Virus record (IMG/VR): IMGVR_UViG_2675903378_000003
Coordinates: 1 to 30,061 of that record
From: a virus
Length of the DNA: 30,061 nt
Reading direction: 5' to 3' (one strand)
Made by a program: the position numbers and the translations under genes. This document shows, piece by piece, positions 24,376-30,061 of the stretch (the first letter of the stretch is position 1; each line of letters begins with the position of its first letter). The notes beneath the pieces were generated by a model, which did no database searches, was not told where the DNA came from, and saw nothing but the letters and a program-made list of their open reading frames with translations.

Positions 24376-24997
24376 AAGCATCATCGGGCTTCGGGTGGGC
24401 AAGGTGGTTGTTGAAGCATTCTCCCACTGCGCCGGCAAGGCTTCCCATTGGGTTTGCCGTTGCGACTGCGGTAACCGAGTCATTATGCGCCGAGGAAATC
24501 TGATGAGAAACCGAACTACGACCAGTTGCGGTTGCTCTCGGTTTTCTCACGGGATGACCGGAACTCCAACGTACAGCTCATGGAGCAACATGATTGATCG
24601 CTGTACGAATCCCTCTAACAAGCGATATGTCGACTACCAAGGCAGAGGAATCACTGTTTGTGAAAGGTGGATGACGTTCGCCAACTTCCTGGCTGATATG
24701 GGCGAAAGGCCAGACGCCACCTCCCTTGATCGAATTGACAACGACGCAGGTTACTTCAAGGAAAACTGCCGCTGGGCAACTGCCTTAGAACAGATGAATA
24801 ACACTAGAAGAAACACCTTCGTTGAGTATCTAGGTAGGCGGCAAACAGTTTCTCAGTGGGCAGGCCAGCTTGGTATTCCCGAATGCACTCTGCGCAGCCG
24901 GCTAAATCGTGGTTGGTCGATTGAAGATGCAATGCAGAAGCCTATCAGCAAGCAGCGCCGGGAGTGCAAGCAGAAGAAGGGAAAGCGCCGTGGCTGA
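24365..24997 (+). CDS. HNH-related protein with degenerate catalytic motif
   Basis: Internal ATG at 24365. SLDRIDNDAGYFKENCRWATALEQMNN is HNH_3-like but has Arg where the first His is expected. N-terminal Cys cluster. Shares the Y..W..M..RC...W..F..F module with 16563-17162. Confidence 0.75.
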   Translation: MDAESIIGLRVGKVVVEAFSHCAGKASHWVCRCDCGNRVIMRRGNLMRNRTTTSCGCSRFSHGMTGTPTYSSWSNMIDRCTNPSNKRYVDYQGRGITVCERWMTFANFLADMGERPDATSLDRIDNDAGYFKENCRWATALEQMNNTRRNTFVEYLGRRQTVSQWAGQLGIPECTLRSRLNRGWSIEDAMQKPISKQRRECKQKKGKRRG

Positions 24998-25577
24998 ACT
25001 CGCTCTCATCCGCACAGCCCAGGGCCTGGTCCCGGCGACCGAGGCAGATCGCGAAACCGTTCAGAAGTGGAAGGCCGGTCAGGTCGTCCATGGAAAATTC
25101 ACTCGGATGCGCAACGCCAAATTCCACGGGAAGTTCTTTGCGATGCTGGATTTGGCGTGGGAGTACTGGGAGCCGAAGGGCGGGCTGGTGCCCCGCCAGG
25201 AGATGCGTGGTATCCGCGGGCTTGCCAAGTACTTCGAGGATCTGAATGGCCGCCCTGGCCAGTTGCAGAACGCCGTCGCTGCGTATATCGCCAAGCTTGA
25301 GGCTGATCGCGCCGACCGCTTCCCCGCAGTCGAGAAGAGCCGCGAGGCTTTCCGGGAGTGGATAACCATCGAGGCCGGTCACTTCCACCTGATCCATACC
25401 CCGGATGGGGTTCGTAAGGAAGCCAAATCGATCAGTTGGGCCAGCATGGACGACTCGGCTTTTGAGCCCCTCTACCGGGATGTGTTCGCGGCCTGCTGGC
25501 GGCTGGTCCTTTCCTCTCACTTCGAAACCGAGGCTGACGCCATGGCGGCGGCTGATCAGATGGGGACTTTCGCATGA
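24990..25577 (+). CDS. DUF1367-like nin-region protein
   Basis: GTG at 24990 overlaps the upstream stop. LIRTAQGLVPATEADRETVQKWKAGQVVHGKFTRMRNAKFHGKFFAML fits my memory of DUF1367. Confidence 0.7.
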   Translation: MAELALIRTAQGLVPATEADRETVQKWKAGQVVHGKFTRMRNAKFHGKFFAMLDLAWEYWEPKGGLVPRQEMRGIRGLAKYFEDLNGRPGQLQNAVAAYIAKLEADRADRFPAVEKSREAFREWITIEAGHFHLIHTPDGVRKEAKSISWASMDDSAFEPLYRDVFAACWRLVLSSHFETEADAMAAADQMGTFA

Positions 25578-25837
25578 GCAAGTTCAAGGCGGGCGACCTC
25601 GCTCTAAATCTGCAAGAAATCCCAAACTGCATCAGCGCTGGAGTGGTAGTCGAGTTGATATCTCGACTTTCCCCGGGTGATCTATTTGTCGAAGACGGCC
25701 AGACCTTTCTGGTGAATCGGGCAGCCTGGTGGGTGCTCCATGAAGGTGATCGGCTCTACATCCCTGAACGGTATCTCATGCCCCTCCGCGGCGACTTCCA
25801 GCCCGAGCAGCAGAAGGCGAAGGAGGAAATCGTATGA
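25574..25837 (+). CDS. Hypothetical phage protein
   Basis: 87-aa ORF with ATGA overlaps on both sides. Confidence 0.7.
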   Translation: MSKFKAGDLALNLQEIPNCISAGVVVELISRLSPGDLFVEDGQTFLVNRAAWWVLHEGDRLYIPERYLMPLRGDFQPEQQKAKEEIV

Positions 25838-26043
25838 ATCCTCGCATTGGCGTTGCTCTGTGGGTTTTGGATCGCCATGAGTGGAACTGGAGGAAGCTGA
25901 ATGAGTACGCCTTCATCATGCGCAAGAAGCTGGCCGCGAAGGCCGTCGCACTGATCGCCCATGACCGCATCTTGACCGACGAAATCCTTACTCGCGGGCT
26001 TCCTTCCTACTGGGACAGAGAAGCGAAGGAGGTGAAGGCGTGA
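25834..26043 (+). CDS. Hypothetical phage protein
   Basis: 69-aa ORF, coupled to its neighbours. Confidence 0.65.
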   Translation: MNPRIGVALWVLDRHEWNWRKLNEYAFIMRKKLAAKAVALIAHDRILTDEILTRGLPSYWDREAKEVKA

Positions 26044-26264
26044 ATACTTTTATTGGCATCTGCCTGGGCTTTTTCCTTTGCATGTTCTTGAACGCTGCCA
26101 TGCGCAACGAACGTGATAGCACCGATGCTCCTGGCGGACGCAGTGGAATGCGGCTGCACACTGACCACGCTACCGGCTTGCAGTATCTCAGTGTTCCAGG
26201 CGGGGGTATCACTCCGCGACTCGGGGTGGATGGGAAGCAAATGCGCGCGGATGGTGCCGAATGA
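26040..26264 (+). CDS. Hypothetical membrane-anchored protein
   Basis: GTG start overlapping the upstream stop. N-terminal TM helix FIGICLGFFLCMFLNAA. Confidence 0.6.
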   Translation: MNTFIGICLGFFLCMFLNAAMRNERDSTDAPGGRSGMRLHTDHATGLQYLSVPGGGITPRLGVDGKQMRADGAE

Positions 26265-26842
26265 CCCTTTCCGCCCGCCAGCCAAAACCCAAAAAGTGCC
26301 AGAACACCGAGTGCGGCGCCAAGTTCATCCCGCAGCGCCTTGGCCAGTGCGTGTGCTCTCCTGCCTGCGCCCTGGCCATCAAGGACAAGCACGCCAAGCC
26401 GGCACGGAAGGCCATCGCAGACCGCGAGCGGAGGGAGGTCAGGGTTCGGAAGGAGAAGTTGAAGAGTCGGTCGGATCACCTGCGCGAGGCTCAGCAGGTC
26501 TTCAACGAGTTCATCCGCCTACGCGACGCGGATCAGCCGTGCATCAGTTGTGGCCGCCACCACGATGGGCAGTATCACGCTGGGCACTACCGCACGGTTG
26601 CCGCCAGCCCCGAGCTGCGTTTCGAGCCGCTGAACGTCCACAAACAATGTGCCCCATGCAACAACCACAAGTCCGGCGACATAGTGAATTACCGAATCAA
26701 CTTGGTGCGCAAGATCGGCGCCGAGAAGGTCGAGTGGCTGGAAGGCCCTCATGATCCCCTGAAGCTGACCATCGACGAAATCAAAGCGCTTAAGGCCAAG
26801 TTCAGGGCCTGGGTGCGCGAACTGAAGAGGGCAACGGCATGA
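26261..26842 (+). CDS. ninG: NinG/Rap-family recombination protein
   Basis: Cys clusters CQNTECGAKF...CSPAC and CISCGRHH...HAGHY...CAPCNNHKSG are typical of lambda NinG. Confidence 0.88.
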   Translation: MTLSARQPKPKKCQNTECGAKFIPQRLGQCVCSPACALAIKDKHAKPARKAIADRERREVRVRKEKLKSRSDHLREAQQVFNEFIRLRDADQPCISCGRHHDGQYHAGHYRTVAASPELRFEPLNVHKQCAPCNNHKSGDIVNYRINLVRKIGAEKVEWLEGPHDPLKLTIDEIKALKAKFRAWVRELKRATA

Positions 26843-27174
26843 CCAAAGAAACTCTGACCATCGTTCTCTTCAGCATAGGGAGCGGTCTCATCGGTTATGC
26901 GATCGGTATTGCTGCCGCCTGGCTGGGAAACTGGTTCGCCGACGGTTATCACCCGCTGCTGCTGTCGAACATGGTCAGCACGCCAGGTGCTGAGGATGGT
27001 GAGCGCGCCAATGAATACCCCGATTATCTGGAGCCTCCGAGAGGCTGTTTCGGCATGTGCTGTGCCGGATGTGATGCTCGCTCGCAGGTCAACTCCAGGA
27101 GCAAAACAGTCAGCGAACAGACAGACCAATCTTACGTTTTAAACGCCGTGCTCAGCGCTCAAGGGGGCGAATGA
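26839..27174 (+). CDS. Hypothetical membrane protein
   Basis: 111-aa ORF. TM helix LTIVLFSIGSGLIGYAIGIAAAWLG and a Cys-rich centre. Confidence 0.65.
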   Translation: MTKETLTIVLFSIGSGLIGYAIGIAAAWLGNWFADGYHPLLLSNMVSTPGAEDGERANEYPDYLEPPRGCFGMCCAGCDARSQVNSRSKTVSEQTDQSYVLNAVLSAQGGE

Positions 27175-27752
27175 TGATCTACACCAGCATTCTGTCTGCG
27201 GTCGTCTCCGCCCTGGCGGCGGAAACCATCGACAACACTGCTAAGCAAGCTTGGCAGAAGCTCTACCAGCCGGGTTACGCCGACAGTGAGGGGTTGGCAG
27301 GACTGATCAGGGCCTCTAACAGTTCGGGAATCAAGCGCATCGATGCCGATTGCTGGGTGCATGCCAGGCTACACAGCCAGCTCAAGCCTCGGCACTGGAA
27401 CGCATTGGTGGCCAAGTACAGTACTCACCGTGAGAAGAAGAAGGCTGCAATCGAGACCCTTATTCCCCTGGTCGCGACTCCAGCGCCACGCAGGTTCCTT
27501 GGGATGGCTGTCTATACCTGGGCTATCCCTAAGCTGAAGGGCGCAGATGGCAAGCGCTCAACCGACATGATTATTCTCGATGCCGTGTTCTACGACATGA
27601 ACAACTGGGAGTCTGAGGGTCGTCCAGAGCAGACCAGGCGCCGTTGGCGCTCTGGAATTCATAGCGTCCTGAATGAAATGCTCAAAGAGGCAGAGGTTGC
27701 GGCTGGTGAAATCCTGATGGCGGAAGGAATCATCTTCGGCGAAGCAGCATAG
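27171..27752 (+). CDS. Putative late-gene antiterminator (Q-like, assigned mainly by position)
   Basis: Last gene of the nin-like operon, directly upstream of a promoter-like sequence and a strong terminator. No zinc finger, and no confident family match by eye. Confidence 0.5.
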   Translation: MMIYTSILSAVVSALAAETIDNTAKQAWQKLYQPGYADSEGLAGLIRASNSSGIKRIDADCWVHARLHSQLKPRHWNALVAKYSTHREKKKAAIETLIPLVATPAPRRFLGMAVYTWAIPKLKGADGKRSTDMIILDAVFYDMNNWESEGRPEQTRRRWRSGIHSVLNEMLKEAEVAAGEILMAEGIIFGEAA

Positions 27753-27755
27753 GGC

Positions 27756-27785
27756 TTGCATTCAATGAGCGTTTGAGCGAATATT
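27756..27785 (+). promoter_or_regulatory. Candidate late promoter (PR'-like)
   Basis: TTGCAT (27756-27761), 18-nt spacer, AATATT (27780-27785). Weak match, supported mainly by context. Confidence 0.3.
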
Positions 27786-27831
27786 TCCCCATCCTGTCGA
27801 TCTTGCGCGTTGTGAGGATCGGTGGCTCTGA

Positions 27832-27860
27832 AGCCCTGGCATCTGCCGGGGCTTTTTCGT
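27832..27860 (+). terminator. Intrinsic terminator (tR'-like) about 45-60 nt downstream of the candidate late promoter
   Basis: AGCCCTGGC-ATCT-GCCGGGGCT (9 bp including one G-U pair) followed by TTTTCGTTT. Confidence 0.7.
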
Positions 27861-27885
27861 TTCCAGCCCAATGCGGAGTTCTGAA

Positions 27886-27984
27886 ATGTCTGCCGAATCG
27901 AAAGATGTTTGGCTGCTCAAGGGAATCGGCGGTGGCGCGCTGGTCCTGCTGCTCCTGGTTGGAGCGGCAGTGGTACTGATCTGA
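27886..27984 (+). CDS. Candidate 32-aa single-TM micro-protein (not in ORF track)
   Basis: My translation: MSAESKDVWLLKGIGGGALVLLLLVGAAVVLI. GGAG lies 7 nt upstream of the ATG. Confidence 0.35.
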   Translation: MSAESKDVWLLKGIGGGALVLLLLVGAAVVLI

Positions 27985-28318
27985 ATCCTTCGGGTTGCGA
28001 CTACGCGGCCGGGATCGCCTTGGACACGCAGGCGTTAAAGTGAAGTGGGGGTCGGTGGAAGCCCGGCACGGAGTGAATGCGCAGGCTGATGCGCAAGGTT
28101 GCAGGGAGAACCCGTTAGGGAACTACCCGGTGAAAGGCCGGGTCGCTTGGCGGTTGTAGTACACACGCCCTGGGCTAACCGTAATGTCGGAGATCAGCGC
28201 CGGTCACTCCAAATCACGCATGCGGCAGAAGAAAGCAAGGGTCACCATTGGTGATCAAGGCGAAAGCCCCGGCTCCTTGCTCTGCGGGCGTGACGCCGGC
28301 TAGTCCGGCACCTATTCC
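27985..28318 (+). other. ORF-free, hairpin-rich 334-nt leader upstream of the tRNA cluster (candidate structured RNA)
   Basis: No ORF of at least 61 aa in any frame. Several local hairpins, some with GNRA or GNRA-like loops: 28079-28094, 28125-28143, 28242-28254, 28259-28268 (GGC-GAAA-GCC), 28295-28309. Confidence 0.3.
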
Positions 28319-28395
<77 letters not shown>

Positions 28396-28406
28396 ACTCG
28401 ATTCAA

Positions 28407-28481
28407 TGACGTGTTGCTCAGAGGTAGAGCGGTCGGCTGTTACCCGATTGGTCGATGGTTCGATCCCATCAGCGTCAGCCA
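28407..28481 (+). tRNA. tRNA-Asn (anticodon GUU)
   Basis: Acceptor TGACGTG/AGCGTCA (one G-A mismatch, one G-U pair), D-stem GCTC/GAGC, anticodon loop CTGTTAC, T-arm GATGG-TTCGATC-CCATC, discriminator G, encoded CCA. Confidence 0.85.
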
Positions 28482-28485
28482 ATAA

Positions 28486-28561
28486 GCCGGTATGGCGCAA
28501 CAGGGAGCGCTGCTGATTTGTAATCAGAGGGTTGCGGGTTCGACTCCTGCTGCCGGCACCA
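28486..28561 (+). tRNA. tRNA-Thr (anticodon UGU)
   Basis: Acceptor GCCGGTA/TGCCGGC, D-stem GCGC/GCGC, anticodon loop TTTGTAA, T-arm GCGGG-TTCGACT-CCTGC, discriminator A, encoded CCA. G-A mismatch at 27:43. Confidence 0.85.
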
Positions 28562-28567
28562 CACTAC

Positions 28568-28596
28568 AAGGCCCAGGCAATGACCTGGGCTTTTCT
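28568..28596 (+). terminator. Intrinsic terminator between the tRNA cluster and the holin gene
   Basis: GCCCAGG-CAATGA-CCTGGGC (28571-28590) followed by TTTTCT. Confidence 0.7.
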
Positions 28597-28613
28597 GCAT
28601 CTGGAGTAAGCAA

Positions 28614-28946
28614 ATGGACCCGATGACGACCGTTGGCGGAGGTCTCTTCGCCAAGTACAGCGTCGCTATTGCCGGGTTCTGGGGGTCGATTCTGTCCCTT
28701 GGATTCCTGAGCGGCCTGAACCGCTGGCAAGCTGCGCTCGCTGTAGCAACCGGATTCGGGTGCTCAACCTATTGGACTGCTCCGGTTGCCGCATGGCTTT
28801 CGCGTGAGTACGAGATTCCGCTCGATGACGCATTTCTGAGTGGTGTCGCATTCACCATCGGTTTGCTGGCGATGAATATCATCCCCGGCCTGAAGGCGGC
28901 AGTAACGGCAATCACAGAGCGGTTCCTTCCTACGAGAGGAACCTGA
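28614..28946 (+). CDS. Holin-like protein (three predicted TM helices)
   Basis: GGAG RBS. 110 aa with three hydrophobic segments and a charged C-terminus. Position downstream of the Q-like gene and tRNAs. Confidence 0.65.
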   Translation: MDPMTTVGGGLFAKYSVAIAGFWGSILSLGFLSGLNRWQAALAVATGFGCSTYWTAPVAAWLSREYEIPLDDAFLSGVAFTIGLLAMNIIPGLKAAVTAITERFLPTRGT

Positions 28947-28948
28947 TC

Positions 28949-29221
28949 ATGATCATGTCGATTCTGGCGGCGCTGGATGCGCTGCTGTGTGTGCTTGTCG
29001 TTGTAGCTGCTCTGGAGTTCCTGCGCACCGTCCAGTTGTCTGGGCAGCCGCTATTGGGTATCTCCTTCTACCTGGTGGCTGGTGGTGCATTCGGAATCCT
29101 GTACGGAATCATGAAGGGCGCACCGGTTAATCCATTTTCGGTGATCCTCCATGCTGGGCTCGTACTTTACGCCTGGTCCCGGCGCCGGCAGATATTCGGA
29201 AGCGACTGGTCGTGGAACTGA
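28949..29221 (+). CDS. Second holin-like / small membrane protein (three TM helices)
   Basis: 90 aa, hydrophobic segments, basic C-terminal SRRRQIF. Confidence 0.55.
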   Translation: MIMSILAALDALLCVLVVVAALEFLRTVQLSGQPLLGISFYLVAGGAFGILYGIMKGAPVNPFSVILHAGLVLYAWSRRRQIFGSDWSWN

Positions 29222-29841
29222 AGCGACCTCACCCTCCAGAGACGATCGGGCAGTTCGCGGAAGGCGAAGACTGGGCGGACGCCTTTGTCCCCGCTCAGGA
29301 TGTTCTGGCTTGGGCGAAGTCAGTGTTAATCGATCCGAATGGAATCCTGGGCAATGAAGACCACGCCCACCTACAAGACGCTCCTCTCGCTTTCCTATGG
29401 GCCGCCTCCAGCTTCACCAAGCAGGGGAGGACGGTACTGGGTCAGTGCGAAGAGGTGACGTTCCGCTGTGGAGCCTGGCAGAAGGGAAGGCAGGAACAGC
29501 AGATGATCCGCTGGTTCGGATACCTGCCGAGGTTTCTGATCACCCTGGCTGCTGACTACTGCTCCCAGTGCTCCGACGCGGAGTTCTGCGCATTGGTCGA
29601 GCATGAGCTTTACCACATCTGCCAAGAGAACAACCAATACGGCGAGCCCAAGTTCACCGAGGAGGGCTTTCCAAAGCTGAAGCTCCGCGGGCATGACGTC
29701 GAGGAGTTCGTCGGCGTGGTGAGGCGATACGGCCCAAGCAAGGACGTGCAGCATCTCATCGACGCTGCTAGCAGGTCTCCAGAGGTGGCCAAAATCAACA
29801 TTTCGAGAGCCTGCGGTACGTGCCTGCTGAAGTCGGCATAG
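29212..29841 (+). CDS. Putative phage metallopeptidase (HExxH)
   Basis: HELYH zinc-binding motif within ALVEHELYHICQEN. Resembles the phage metallopeptidase family often found next to small terminase genes. GTG start. Confidence 0.7.
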   Translation: MELKRPHPPETIGQFAEGEDWADAFVPAQDVLAWAKSVLIDPNGILGNEDHAHLQDAPLAFLWAASSFTKQGRTVLGQCEEVTFRCGAWQKGRQEQQMIRWFGYLPRFLITLAADYCSQCSDAEFCALVEHELYHICQENNQYGEPKFTEEGFPKLKLRGHDVEEFVGVVRRYGPSKDVQHLIDAASRSPEVAKINISRACGTCLLKSA

Positions 29842-29872
29842 CCACGACAGGCCCATGACAGGAAGAAAAACG

Positions 29873-30034
29873 ATGGCAACCCTGAACAGCGACGTGAAGG
29901 CGTTCATCGTTCAGGCGCTGGCCTGTTTCGATACGCCATCCCAGGTTGCGGAATCGGTCAAGAAGGAATTCGGCATCGAGGTCAGTCGGCAGCAGATCGA
30001 GTCGCACGACCCGAACAAGGTGTGCAGCAAGGGC
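29873..30034 (+). CDS. DUF2280-type putative terminase small subunit, 5' fragment (truncated by contig end)
   Basis: My translation from ATG 29873: MATLNSDVKAFIVQALACFDTPSQVAESVKKEFGIEVSRQQIESHDPNKVCSKG. Open to the end of genuine sequence. The motif FIVQALACFDTPSQV matches my memory of DUF2280. Confidence 0.6.
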
Positions 30035-30061
30035 CTCTTATACACATCTGACGCTGCCGAC
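30035..30061. other. Nextera/Tn5 adapter read-through (not biological sequence)
   Basis: CTCTTATACACATCTGACGCTGCCGAC equals the Tn5 mosaic end plus the reverse complement of the Nextera read-1 adapter (CTGTCTCTTATACACATCTGACGCTGCCGACGA), minus its first 6 nt and last 2 nt. Confidence 0.9.

Noticed and set aside
27773-27979. 68-aa plus-strand track ORF downstream of the Q-like gene
   Set aside because: It runs straight through the strong terminator hairpin at 27832-27860 and has no RBS. The alternative 32-codon frame with a GGAG RBS is more plausible.
27985-28318. Fourth tRNA (e.g. Met) or an intron-interrupted tRNA upstream of tRNA-Gly
   Set aside because: I searched by eye for D-arm (TAGCTCAG-like) and T-arm (GGTTCGAnnCC-like) signatures and for group I core-like elements and found none. 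GCCGG-CTAGT-CCGGC has a 5-nt loop, not a T-loop.

Overview
The window holds a host ABC-F ATPase gene (ybiT-like, 1-1590, minus strand). It is followed about 30 bp later by roughly 28.4 kb of a lambdoid temperate prophage, which looks Pseudomonas/D3-like from protein content and GC, though I cannot verify this without a search. The prophage order is as follows. (1) int/xis. (2) A long leftward early operon with many small accessory genes, three HNH/AP2-type genes, and a RecT/YqaJ/SSB/DUF1351 recombination module. (3) An immunity region: PL/OL, a lysogeny-side lipoprotein moron, a cI-like S24 repressor, OR, cro-like and cII-like genes. (4) A rightward replication module: an O-like initiator with internal iterons and a Toprim-DnaB primase/helicase. 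(5) A nin-like region with TraR, DUF1367, NinG and a Q-like gene. (6) A late leader with a short terminated transcript, an ORF-free hairpin-rich stretch and three tRNAs (Gly-UCC, Asn-GUU, Thr-UGU). (7) Two holin-like genes, an HExxH phage metallopeptidase, and the 5' end of a DUF2280-type small terminase. The last 27 nt are Nextera/Tn5 adapter, so the contig end is artificial and the prophage is truncated. I found no recognisable multi-gene defence system. The most unusual signals are RNA-level: a lambda-boxB-like hairpin just downstream of PL, two copies of a 41-nt element whose GNRA-capped hairpin shows compensatory base changes, and strong intrinsic terminators inside the leftward operon. 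Also notable are the lipoprotein gene immediately downstream of the repressor gene, and several translationally coupled micro-ORFs absent from the ORF track. All family assignments come from motif recognition by eye; no HMM or BLAST was run.
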